Origin: the human T2T-CHM13v2.0 reference genome, Homo sapiens
Direction: 5' to 3' (one strand)
DNA length: 64,000 bases
Assembly (NCBI RefSeq): GCF_009914755.1
Contig: NC_060933.1
Shown here: positions 28,307 to 40,937 of the stretch, one piece after another
Layout: every line of letters begins with the position of its first letter
Numbering within the stretch: position 1 is the first letter of the stretch
Position numbers and translations under genes: made by a program
The notes under the pieces: generated by a model
Told to the model about the DNA's origin: nothing
The model's database searches: none
Seen by the model: only the letters and a program-made list of their open reading frames with translations

Positions 28307-29300
28307 TGGGGGCAGATCCAGGACATAACATTATAAAGGCAAACTCACCTGAGAAAGGTTACTTAGAATGAGAAAAGAAATCACAGTAAATTATGTATTT
28401 TTGAACAAATACCATGGATTTCACAGTATCATAAAAATAACATTTTTATAAGTTGACACACCTCTGAAATACTTGCTTCTTGAGGAATTGTACTGCATTG
28501 GTGGTGATTTGCGTGTTTCATCAGGAACTGTCTACTTCTTGAGGACAAGATTCATTAGAATTCCTAATTTGCCAATTGCTACTCTGTGGTGGGTAAGATG
28601 TGCCTTTTAAAAGTAATGCTATGGTGCTTTGCCTGACAAAAGAGGAGTTCTGATAAGTTTTATTGCACGTGACTTTCATCAAAATGGAGAAAAATATGTT
28701 GTGTTTATAATTAAATTTACTGCACTTTAAGCATTTTCCTGACCAGAAAACTTTGCTTTTGCCTAGACATCAGTGAGAACTGCTTACTCCTTATAAATGT
28801 AAAGACTGAGATAATTTTCTATAGACTAGCTCCTGGCCCTTTGAAGCATGTTTCTCTTCCACCACCCACATGTATGGAGCTGTAGGAAATAAGAGTACCT
28901 TCACACTGAGACACGAGAGGACTGGCACAGTCTGCAGGGTACCATTCCACGAAGTCGTTCCTCTGGATTGGCTAGCAGTAAGTTACTTATACATGGAAGT
29001 GACTAAGCTGTGAAAATATCCCCAACAGTCCAATTAAGCATGTCCCTTGAACCTTCCCATTAGCTGGATCTCGAAATGCCTGCGGCCACTCTGATGTCCC
29101 CCAACATGAGGGACAGTGTGAGTGAAGGGCAGTGGGAATGAGCATTGGAAACCAGTTGCCATGACAACACTGCTCTTTTCAAATCTCACAGAAGCAAGAA
29201 CACGCAAACACGTTGTTGGGGGTCCCACCTATGGCCTTAGAAGCGTCCTGTGCAAGTGATGGGTTGGGAGTGAACACCTCATCAGCTTCAGAGTTGGAGG
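28307..29300 (-). mobile_element. Arthur1/MER69-like (hAT-Tip100) DNA transposon fossil
   Basis: Left end ggggcagatccagg and right end ggccttagaagcgtcctgtgcaagtga...catcagcttca resemble Arthur1 termini; ~1 kb. Confidence 0.65.
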
Positions 29301-29324
29301 GGGATGCTCTACGCAGGGGCCGGG

Positions 29325-29725
29325 GGCTATGGGTGAATTGTGACTTCCCCACAAATTCATTTGTTGGACACCTAACCCCAGTACCTCAGAATATGACTGG
29401 AGTTGGAGATAGGATAAAGAGGTGATTAAAATGAGACTGTCAGGGTGGACCCTAACGCAATATGACTGGTGTCCTTGTCAAGAAGAGGGGATGAGGACAC
29501 ATGCATGGAAGGATGACCATGTGAGGGCACAGGGAGAAGACTGCCACCTGCAAGGCAAGGAGTGAGGCCTGAGCCCATTTTTCCTCACAGTCCTTAGCAG
29601 AACCAACCCTGCTGACACCTTGCTCATGGGGTTCCAGCCTCCAGAACTGTGGGATAAGAGATTTCTGTTGTTTTAGCGCCCCCTTGTGTGGTTCTTTGTT
29701 GTGGCAGCCCCAGGAAGCAAATAAG
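29325..29725 (+). mobile_element. MLT1B-like solo LTR
   Basis: gctatgggtgaattgtg...cctaaccccagtacctcagaatatgact...aaccaaccctgctgacaccttg...ccagcctccagaactgtg. Confidence 0.9.
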
Positions 29726-30219
29726 TGGGACACCTGGGATGCTGTATTGGATATTTGCGGTTGAGTTGTAGGCGAGTGTTTAGTTTTTCAAAAGTATTTT
29801 GTGTGTCTATCTATATACTCTTTTACATACCAGCAATTAGAGTTTGCACAAGATATAAAAGAAATCTCTGCCTCTTGTACTGACAGTCTAGTGGAAGACA
29901 TAGACACACATAAATTTGTTATCATAATTATAAATAAAATATGTGTACAACAACAAAAATACATTAGTGCAGTGTGGATGCATCATAATTTTTATGTCAA
30001 TCTTATTCACGATTCAGGCCAAGTGGTATGCCAAGATCACATCCTTTTCTCTGTGGGAGTCTGTGTGCCGCTAGAAGACAAACCTTCCTTTTCAGAAACA
30101 AATGCATTGCTTTTGTTATCCTCCCAGAAGGTGAACTCTGGATTGTGACTATCTGCAGATCTTTTGCTCTCGTTCCTGAAATTTCTGTTGTCTTTGTCCT
30201 TTTCTAAGAGAATAATGCG

Positions 30220-30500
30220 TTTCATTCATTTATTTGTTTATTCCTCATTTATTGGACACCTATTTTTCCAGGTGGTATTCTAGATTCTGAGAATAAAGAC
30301 ATAAATAAAACAGGCCCACGCCCCTGCCTCTCTGGGTACATCCGTTCATTCCGGTGGAGGTCAAGGTAGCCAGAACCTCATGAGGAGGTAGAGGCGTGTG
30401 GGCAAGGAGGCGATTGTAGTGGGGAAGCTGGAGCTGGGAAGCACCTGCCGGGCGGGAGTCTGCAGTTTTGAATATGGTGATCACTGAAGGTCTTTCAGGG
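30220..30500 (-). mobile_element. L2 3' fragment
   Basis: ttcattcatt...catttattggacacctat...ccctgcctctc is the antisense L2 tail. Confidence 0.65.
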
Positions 30501-31355
30501 ATGAGGTGCTGTCCATTCTTATTGCAGTTAGGGGTTTTGTGCTTCTCCTGATTTCTGAGGGGTCAGGAGCAGAGATGAGCCACTGTTACCTTGAGCCCAC
30601 TGCCTGACCCTGGAAGCCTTGCTCAGGCTGATTATGGGTCAGTGTCCGGTCTCAAACTGTCTGGCCCTCTGGGTCACTCTGCTTGCAGAACTGAATGTCT
30701 CACACCGGCCTCCCTGCCCACATCTGAAGGGTGGGAGTGCCAAGCAGCTCTTCATGCCTGGTGCTGGGATTAAGTGAAACTTTTGCTAACGATTCAGCTG
30801 AGACCAAGCTGGCAGTTTTCCGGAGACACAGAGGGTGAGTGTAGCAATTTGGGCATGGAATCAAATTCATATAAAATGCTGTTCAGCTCTCCTCTTTCAT
30901 GACCAGAAACACAGTTTCAATGCCAAAAAACACTTAAAGCCCCACCCTCTGGATGCTGCAGATGACTCGGACTGGGCGTTTCACAGAGATTCTGAGTTTT
31001 CTTTCAAGCAGTCAAGATTTCTTTTAGAAAAAAATAGATACGATGGGGTTATCACAAGTGATTTCTATTCTTGTATTTGATACCTTTCATATTCTCCAGG
31101 TTTTATTTTATAACCTGGTTAACTTTTATAATAAGAGAAAAATTAAGCTCAAACAAACAAAAAACCACACTGGATTTGGATAAACTTGAGACTCCCGTAA
31201 GTCATCCTTGGTTGATTCCAAAGCCCATCTGATGGAGTTGGAATTTTATGTTTAATTCCGTCAAGCAGCACACTTCTGCTTCTGCACATTTTCCCCAGGA
31301 AGTCACGAGAGGAAAGTAACAAAATTAAAGACAAATAGACTTCTTTAACTGCTAG

Positions 31356-31704
<349 letters not shown>

Positions 31705-33319
31705 CTGGACTCTAATTTGTTTGAGTTCAGACAATTAAGAAATAATAGTATTGTTTTTGTTTTTAAAGAAAGGATAAGAAGAAACGTGGGCCTCTAAAGA
31801 TCATCATGGCAAAAGGTAGCCCTGCTTGCCTTCCAGTCAAAGCCTTCCCGGCTGGTTTGTGCAAAGCTCCAGAGCCGCCTGCTGCTCCTCCCCTGAAATG
31901 CTTTGCTTGTTTTCAGAAGTGCTGCATGGAGGCAAGAGGCTCTCTTCTTGGTTTTCTAAATTCACATCTATCTTAGGAAGGGGGTGGAACTGCACACCCT
32001 GGGCTTCGCTGTTAGTGGGAGATGACGCGGCCATCCCTCATCCCTCGGGATTGTGGACAGGGTGCTGGCCTGCAGAAAAGGACATACTGGGGCTTTATTG
32101 CTTCTGGGCTGGGAAGCGTTTCAGGGCTCCGAAGCCCACACCCATCTGAGGAAGCGCTGCTGCACTGGCCTGGGCCTTGGGCAGGTGGCATCAAATCCGA
32201 TGCTGGGCTCTCACACGCTCTGCTGGGGCATTATGGACCATCTTTGCAGTTTGGCATGTTCCAAATTAACAAGGGCTCTGCTCTGTGGCCTCTTCCTAGC
32301 TGTTGATTCTGAGTGAGTGATCATTTTAGTAGAATTTAGATGTTCCAGCCTGGCATTCTGAGGGCAGCTGTCCTTAAGTAGAGCAGAGACAGAGATGAAG
32401 CTACAGCTGCAGTCTGTGATCAGAGCCAAAGCATGTGGACCTCCTGCAGCCCCTAACCCTTCTGCGTCACGAGCACCCTAAATTGCAGAAGGAAGCTGAA
32501 GGGGCAGAGGGGATATGGTGATTTTAAACTGTAAGGAACTTCAGGGCAAGTTTTGCACTGATTGGGTCTTTGCAATGTAATTTTTCTTAAAAAGCTTGTT
32601 GTAAAAGCATAATTAGAATGTTTTGCACATTTCTTTCTATTCAATGGAGAAATTGCACTGGGTAGATGTCACTCAGAATCCAGTTCTGGCCCTTTCAGGG
32701 AGTGAGACTTTAAAACAAGTGCACAAGGTCCCACTACTCTTGGTGAAACTAAATGGGGCTGCTCAACTCCATTCCCAATCCCCATGGAAAGTGTGTGGTG
32801 AGCTTTCTCAAGTAGCAGCAGCCGACAGTATTAACAGCATCTCTACATTGTAAATACATCCATGGAGGGAGAAGGGAGGAGCTCTGTATAAACAGGAAAG
32901 TATAGAAGGGGCAATCAGGGCTGAGCTGCACCTGGGTCAGTAAGGTGGCTGCTCCCTGAGTGCAGAGACACAGCCTGTCCTGCCAGGAGCATGAAACCTA
33001 TTCAATCAACATTTTTGTATGAATGTGCATCAGTGATCCTCAAGATATTAATAGGAGTTTCAGGGGACAAAGGCATTCTAGCGGCCCAATGAGGAAACCC
33101 CACAGTAAACAGGCTTAAATTCTTGTAGCATCTGTAATGTTCTGTGGGCATCCAAAATCCCAAATGTGTGTTCAGGGACACTTCCTCAGTGTCCCTAAAC
33201 ACACATTCTTTGGAGAGGGGTCAAAAGACTTATTAGTCGCTCCCAACAGAAGTGTCCAAGGAACACAAATTCAGAAAATAGCAATTCAGCTGCACTTCCT
33301 TATTTTGCAGGTGAAAGCC

Positions 33320-33528
33320 GCCATTTGGTTTAATGGGAAGAGGTGGTTTTGGAGTCAGAAGACTGAGACTGGGATCTGCCTCCTAAGGATGATGGGTATT
33401 GGAAACTCACGCCTATGTATCCATTTGTACATTTGAATAGGGGTGTAGTTGTGGCAATGATCTGTAGCTTTTACTGAGCACAAGGTAGGGTGCCTAGAAC
33501 TCAGGAAGTGTTTAATAAATGATAGCTC
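33320..33528 (+). mobile_element. MIR
   Basis: ttttggagtcagaagactg...gtttaataaatgatagct are MIR 5' and 3' ends. Confidence 0.65.
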
Positions 33529-33534
33529 TTGAAA

Positions 33535-33662
33535 TTACCAATGGAAAACTGAGTCCTGGTGAGAACCAACTGGCCCAAGGCCAGCCAGTAAGGGAGGTAC
33601 AGGGCGGAGCTGGGTCTGGGTTTCTTGCCTCCCCATCAACATTCTTTTTACTGTACTACACT
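33535..33662 (-). mobile_element. MIR fragment
   Basis: atggaaaactgagtcc...actggcccaaggcca...gggcggagctggg. Confidence 0.65.
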
Positions 33663-34217
33663 AACTGAGAATAGAAGTTGTACATAGTTGTATTTCTCTT
33701 ATAAGGATAACAAATCAAATAGATGTTGCCAGATGTTTCTGTTTCACAGAAGAATGAAGTTAATGGTTGTATATCAGGGCTCAAACCTAAGATTTAAAGA
33801 GAGATTGCTGAGCAAGAGCAGCCATAAAAGACGTCTATGTTGGTATTTCAGCATTCCTGGGCCGCATAAAGCACCATTTGGTCACATCTGGTCTCCATCA
33901 GGCCTGAAGTGTTACATAAATACATGCATGGTTTATAGGGTAAGGAGGCCCTGTTGAGACTGGCCAGATGTGATCTGTTTAGGCTCTGCAGACAGGGCCC
34001 AGGAAACTGCCTGATAGCCCTGCACAATGCCCTCCCAAGGGACAGAGCTCTCTGCTGCCATCAGTGCATCTAGGGCAGAGATACCATGCTAGCTGCTGTC
34101 ACTCATGTCCAACATGCTTGGGTGTTCAACCTCCCTCTGTAAAAGCTCTTATTATAGACAACCAGTGGAGTTCAGTTCAGAAGTTAGAGAACAAAATGCT
34201 TTAATGACCTTGTGGGC

Positions 34218-34492
34218 TCCATCCATCCATCCATCCACCCATCCACCCATCCACTCATCCATTCATCTACCCATCCACTTCACCCACCCATTCATCTATC
34301 TACTCATTCATTTATGCATTTCTGCAATAATTTACCCACATGCCCATTCATCCATCTACCCATCTATCTCCATCTATATTCATCCATCTTTCTATCCATC
34401 TATCCATCCACCTGCCTGTCTGTTCAATCTGTCCATCCACCTATCCAACCATTCATTCTTATCCATGCACCCACCCATCCACCCTCCCATCC
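34218..34492. repeat. Degenerate (CCAT)n array
   Basis: About 275 bp of ccat/tcat/ctat units. Confidence 0.95.
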
Positions 34493-34740
34493 AGTTATTC
34501 AATGAATATGAGCTCCTTGCATGTGCAAAGCACTAGTCTAGGCACAGGGAATCCCGCAACAAACAAGTCAGGCATGGAGCTGACATTTGTATCATGTTCC
34601 AGAGGGGGAGACAACATTGAGTAATTCCACAATTATTCATTGGCTAGGGTAATAAACTCTCAGAAGAATTACAAAATGCTCCAAGAGTGTGTAATAGGAG
34701 ATGCCTCCTAACTAGGAGGCCAGAAAAGGCTTCCCTGACG
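34493..34740 (-). mobile_element. L2 3' fragment
   Basis: attcaatgaatatgagctcc...tgtgcaaagcactagtctaggcacaggga...catggagctgacatt. Confidence 0.7.
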
Positions 34741-36194
34741 CAGTGGGAGTGCCGTGGGGCAGCCCGGAGCTCTGGCTACAGCCCTGCACCCACCCTGGCT
34801 ACTGCTTGGTTGGTTTTGTTTTCCCCAGGCCTGCCGATTTTACAGTTAACTCTTTCCTCCATATCATAAGCTTCCAAAACAAGGTTATCCCTTGTTTAGG
34901 TAAAACCATTAAAATTTTCCTAGTATCAAGTCCCCCAAGCAATCTAACTAAAAGATTGAATCACAAAATAGAAAAGTCCCTTCTACCACAGCTAATGCTG
35001 GAGGAGAATTCCAGGGATCCCTGCACAGCAGTCTCAGGGCAGCATGCCTTCCTCCCCAGGCCACCCGGGGCTCTGAGGAAGGCTGTCAGACTTCGGCCCC
35101 TTCCTGTATACTGAGCTCCTGACCACAGTCTTGTGCCGGTTTTGCTTTTTTAAAAGGGACAAGCAAACAGGAATCTTCCCCATGCCTACCCTCACTCGTG
35201 CACACAAAGTGGGCCTGGCTGTCATTTCCTCCTGGGGTCTGATCTCTGTTTTATGCTCCTGCTTGTTGATTCTGACCCAGGTAAGCCACACAGGGAAAAG
35301 CCATCTCCCTGCTCCTTGCTTCGGGGCAGCAGAGCCATTTCACACACACAAACACCCTGCACCCCAGCTGCCTGGTTTCAGTGGCTGCTTGCTTGTGGCC
35401 AGACAGCCGAAGGCCAGGCAGGGCCCGGCCTCTGTTCTCAGGTCTCAGCAGTGATTATGCATGCGAGGTAATTACACTGGTCTTGTTTCCGTGCTCTAGG
35501 CCTAAGCCTGGATATTCAAGGAAGGGAGCCTCTGGTTTTTTGCTACGTTATAATTTCTTTGTAGGGACAGGGCTCTAGGCGACTCCCAAATGGGCTACCT
35601 GTGCCGTGGCCACTCATTTCCTATTGTGCAGAGTAGCAATTACACAGCCAGAGGCTGGCCATGGGTGGGTTTGTTCTTCTCTGTGACATGTATTTTGTGA
35701 AACAGAAGAGAGGTCCTCTGTTTCTGAAAGCAACTCTTAAAATAAATACACCAGGCTCCTCCAAGGAATATCTGCATGAGAAGAAGTAAGCTACTATGTC
35801 TAGTGGCTCTCAAAGTGTTTTGGCGGGTTGGTCAGTCGGTCCACACAGGGAGAGAGGGGCAGGACAAAGGCCTCACCTCCCACTCAACACTTAATCCTGG
35901 TCTTGGGAAAGTTAGCGTTTGCCCACAGGTGACATGTTCTCAGGGCCTGACTACCTGCGGGTGGACACCAAGGATAAGCTGTGTCTTGAATTTTTTTAAA
36001 GCTTAAAAAGCAATTACTTCCAGCTGTGCATCATGAGAAGACACTGGTTGGTGTGTGTGAACTGATTTGCAGCACAAAGGGCCCCAGAGTACTTGGCTGG
36101 GCCAGATAGTGATGATGACTCATGCTGTCTTTACAAGATACTGCATAAACCTAGAGCAAGACAGAAGTTCCTCCCTCCCGACTCCACCCCCTGG

Positions 36195-36704
36195 CTTTAT
36201 TGAGATGTAATTGACAAATAAAGCTTGTATACAGTTAATTGTACAATGTGATGATTTGATGCATGTGCATATCATGAAGTGACGGCCAAGATGAAGCTAA
36301 TCAGCACTTCCACTGCCTCACATGGTTACCATTATTTTTGTGTGTGTGAGGACACTTCAGTTCTACTCTCTTAGCACATTTTCAACATACAGTACAGTAT
36401 TATTAACTATAGTTACCATGCAGTTCATGGATCCTCAGAACTTAAGTATCTTATCACTGGAAATTTGTACCCTTTGACCAAAATCCACACAGTTTTTTCC
36501 TACTCCCCAGCCCCTGGTAACTGCCCTTCTACTTTCTGCTTCTAAGAGGTCAACTTCATTAGAGTCTGGTGCATATGTCTGTACTATGGAGTAGTATTCA
36601 GCCTTAAAAAAGAAGGACATCCTGCCGTTTGTGACAACAGGGGTGAATTCAGAGGACAGTGTGCTAAGTGAAAGACGCCAGACAAGAAGGACAAATACCA
36701 GATG
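36195..36704 (-). mobile_element. L1MA (MA9-like) 3' end with an inverted 5' segment (36567-36704 on +)
   Basis: Antisense 3'UTR at 36195-36566 abuts sense-orientation upstream L1 text (tattcagccttaaaaaagaaggacatcctgccgtttgtgacaaca). Confidence 0.9.
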
Positions 36705-38599
36705 GCTGTTCCTGAGAATCGAAGCAGGAAGAAGTTGCCCTTGACACTGAGCCCTTCCTGTGGCCAGAGGAAGCTGAAGGCAAAGAGGGAGGCTGGACCG
36801 TCCAGGTGAGAGGCACCTGACTGCCCAGTGTCCAGCATGCTTGGCCTGGGGCAGCAGGGCTGATTGTGCAACCCAGCCTTTGGCTTCTCAGAGGCCCTGG
36901 AACAGCACACATTCCCTGGTGGTTTGAAATCTGAGAGCCGGAAAGAGCTTTCTGCCTTTCCTTTTGTGTCAGCTCACTTACTTGAAGAAAGCCCATCATC
37001 ACAATGTTTTCTTTGGGTCCTGCTTACAGGATCTGGGCTTGTTTTGTTTTTCTTCTTGTTGTGTAGGGAGGGACCAGGATGGGAAAGCAATGTCCCTTGT
37101 AATTGTTGGGGTTTGTGCTTCTCTTGTAAAGCCTTGGGCTCAAGACCAGTGATCTGCAGTATAATGAGACTCGGCCAGGCCCTGCTCCCTGGAGGAGACA
37201 GAGGGACCATGCTGGTAACTTCCTTAACATCATTCAAAGGAAAGCCCAGTTTTTGTTTTCTCCTAAAGTGAAACTGCAGCCCTAGGTAAAAGGTACCTTG
37301 TAACCCCACGGATGTCTGTCTTCTACCTTCTCATTTCCCTTCTTCCTCTTCCTTTCTTTTGCCTTTTTCCCTTTTCCTATTTCTATGTTCCATAATCTGG
37401 AAGACCCATATATTTTCCAACTTTACTAATGTTTCCAAGAATTTGCATTAAAAGTAGCTGCTACAGTTCCTCATTAACTTGGACCCCATCTCTGGGAGTA
37501 AAGTGGGCAATTATTTCTCTGATTAACAAGGGAGGAGACAATGGGCACAGGGGCTCCTTCAAACCCAGACAGTGTTGTTTGTATCTAGATACTGCTAGAC
37601 CACTTATGTCATTTTGGTTTGGTTCCCACATTTAATATCTTCCCCAAGTCATGTTGACCAACTCTGACTTAAAGGCCAGGATTCTTGGTTGTCCCGAGGC
37701 CCTGTTTCCCCACTGTTGAGTTGACAAGCCCATGGGAATTTCCCAGGGGTATGTGTAGCTCTGAGTTCTGGATAGTGTTTGCCACAGGACTGGGCTTCTG
37801 ATGACACCAGGAGCACACACACATTGCTTAGCAAGAGTGTGCAGCTTACAGAATGGCCAGGCAGAAAGTAGAAAAGAGAGAGAGAAAAAAAGCAAAACTC
37901 GAGCTCAATCCAGAGACTCAAGCAGGGAAAAGATGCAGTGATTCTAGAGTGGCATGTGGGCCTTCAGAGGTGAACTCATGGAGGAGATGTGCAAAGTTTT
38001 GTGTCTGCACCATGGGGCACTCCACTACTTATGACAGTGAAGTTTCAACCACCAACAAATGGCCCAGGGCAGGGGATTGTGACTTTTGGATTGCATGGAT
38101 CACCAATATTTTAAAAGGAGATTCAAACAACACAACTGCTCCTTATCATCTCCTCAATTCATAAGAGAAACGGCAGCTGAACACTCCAAAAGTGTAAGAA
38201 GTACATAATCTCAGAACAATGGACAATCTTTAAATAGGATAAAGTTGTCTTTATGAAAAATTTATTACACTGTTTATATTTATCTGGTTTTATTATGGAC
38301 TTGTAGGAACTTGGTTTCTGAGAGCACTGGTCCTGTGCTGTCTTGGGCCATTAGCCTAGAACAAGGGTGTTAGATGGGCGTTAACTTCAGGGCCAGCTCC
38401 AGCAATGGCCAGTGGATGACTGGGAACACTGTTGGGAAGGATTCTGAAGTGGAGTCCAGGCTCAATCATTAATTAGCAATATCTGACATGGGCATCATGG
38501 TCATTTTGAAGCACGTTCACAAATCCTTTTGCACTACTTTCATTGAAAGGGGGAAATCTAACTTTTAGATATGGGCTGGCTTGCTTTTGACAGACAGAA

Positions 38600-38936
38600 T
38601 GTGACTTTTGAGCACTCGCACTTGGAACCCAGCCACCACTGTGTGAAGAAGCGCACAGCATACGAGGTAGTCGGCAACACATGGGTGCCCAGAACAAGAG
38701 CCCAGCTGAGGTCCCAGCAGACAGTCAGCGTCCCCCACCAGGCACCTGAGCTAGCCTACTGGTGATCCCATCAGCAGTCATCAAGCTTCCCCAGACAGAA
38801 GTGTGTGAAGCAGTGGGAAATTGCTCCTGCCAAGTCCTGGTCAATGTTACAAATTTGTGGTGAAAAAAATATTGCCATTATCATAAACTATGAGTTTTTG
38901 GGGTGGCTTGTTATGCAGCAGAAGATAACCAGAGCA
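38600..38936 (+). mobile_element. MLT1 (H/I-like) solo LTR, partial
   Basis: cttggaacccagccaccac...cccagctgaggtcccagcagacag...ttttggggtggcttgttatgcagcagaagataaccagagca. Confidence 0.8.
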
Positions 38937-40937
38937 ATCCCAGGATGGAAATGTGGCAGCAAACATTCACTATCCCTATCCAGAGCATTCTCAGCTATTA
39001 TTCTTCCACCAAGGTACCCCTGATTTTATTTGAAAATTTAAAAACGAAATGTGTCTTGCCTAAGTTGATGAAAAAGGCCAAGGTCACATTGATTTCAGTA
39101 GGTTGCACTCAAATGGACCAATCCTCCATGTTGAACTCAACTTCTGCTCACTCCTCTGAAAGATACTGCAGGGTTACCATGACAACCTGAACATATGCTG
39201 GGTGAGAAACACGAAGAACAGAGAACAGGGGAGCACAGGGCCATTTTTTGCTGGGAGAATGTTTTCTAAAAAATATATTTTTTTCCAGGCCAAATTATTT
39301 GCAGCTGGTCTTCTCTTGGCAAGAACACTTCATCTGGCAGTGTATTTTCTGTCCTATAGAAGTGAAACATTCCCTGTAAATAGCAGGGAAATTAAAAATA
39401 TTCTCTTTGTATCACTTTTAAAAACCTCCCACAACTGCTATGGGCAGAACAGATGTCTCCAGGGACCTTGAGGTGCCCTCGCTGCCCCTGAAGGCTCGGG
39501 CCCACCTGTCCACTCAGGATGGGTCTCTCCAGAGTGCTTGCCCACTCACCAAAGCCCTCTGTGTAAAAGGTTGTTGGTGCCAACTGTATTCTGCTTTCTA
39601 AAGTGGTTGCACCAGAAGAATTCAGTCTGAGGTTAAATTAGGGCATAAGAATTTCAGAATTCAGAAGAGAGAAGTCCTGCACCCCAACACTCAGAAACAT
39701 GCTCCCAGGCTGAACTTTCAGACAGCTGAAGGACACATTCCCATGCTTGGGTCATTCATTAGAAACTCCCTTTCTCCAGTAACTCCAGTGAGCAAATGTG
39801 AAATGTTTTGTGCTGCAGGTGATGCAGCATCTGTATTAGGTGCTGCCTGTGTGATGATGATGAAGGCCTTTGAAGGCTCAAACAGCATAGACACATGGTG
39901 AGTCATAAAACTGCCTAATTTTAGTGCAATTAGGGGGAACAAAGGAGCAGCGAGGTCAGCTTTCTGGAACATGCATCCTCTGTGCTCCTTCCTGGGGATG
40001 GGTTGGGTGAGCCAGGTAGAAGGCCGGGAGGCCCAGGTCTGGCTGGGCCCAGGGTGGGCACGGGCACAGGGCTGGAGACAGTACGCTGCTCCCTAGGTGG
40101 TGGGTCACTTGACATAGCCAGGGCATCTGCATGGCAGGAGCAGCCCCATGACCACCACGCTGGGAGGGAGGGCCCAGAGGCTCCTGCGGGGAGCCCAAAA
40201 CGGCTCACCAGCAGGGAAGAAGGGCTCGCTGAGGCTGGGGGCGTGTCCCCACCTCCTCCTGCTGGAACTCCCACTCCTGTCCCAGAACCTTCTCAAGAGA
40301 AGAGAGGTTGAAAGACAGCAAAAAGAAGGCCCCAACTCTGCAGTGTTTAATTATTTACAGACACTTAGACTCCTTAGTGGAACTCTCAAAGGCTTCTGGA
40401 CCTGAGCCTGGAATCCCCACCTCACAGGCCGGGGACTGGCCCCTCGAGCCTCCACTTCCACCTGCACAGCCACAGCCTCCACTCTGTGCTGCAACCCCTG
40501 AGGCCAGTGGGTGAGGAGGCTGGGATGAGGTGGGGTGAGGACCTATTAGTGCAGGCCTTGGCCCCAAAAGGGCCCACTACCATGGGGGTGGGTAGACCCC
40601 TCAAGTCCCCAAGTGCATTCCTTCATCCCTTCCTGAAAGTTTTGGGGTCTGGACTGCACCATCCCTGACCTCTTCCTTCCACTTGACACCCATTTGCAGC
40701 TCCTGCTCAGGCATGACATCAAAGATCACTGCTTGAGGGGGCTCTCCTGGACCCCCAGGGATATGCACGCATAGCACCTTGTAACTCATACACATCTCAA
40801 TTTAAAATGAATGTTTATTTGTTCACATTGAAGTTGCAGCTCTAGAATGCCTGCCTAACACATGGAAGGAGCCTGGCCCAGGGGACAAGAGGGGCAGGAA
40901 CCATTCATAGAGGAGCCATCCCTTTAGAGCTGGAGTG

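Noticed and set aside
39930-40670. GC-rich block with overlapping ORFs as a coding exon or CpG-island promoter
   Set aside because: CpG-depleted, ORFs on both strands as expected for high GC, no recognisable protein or clear splice pair.
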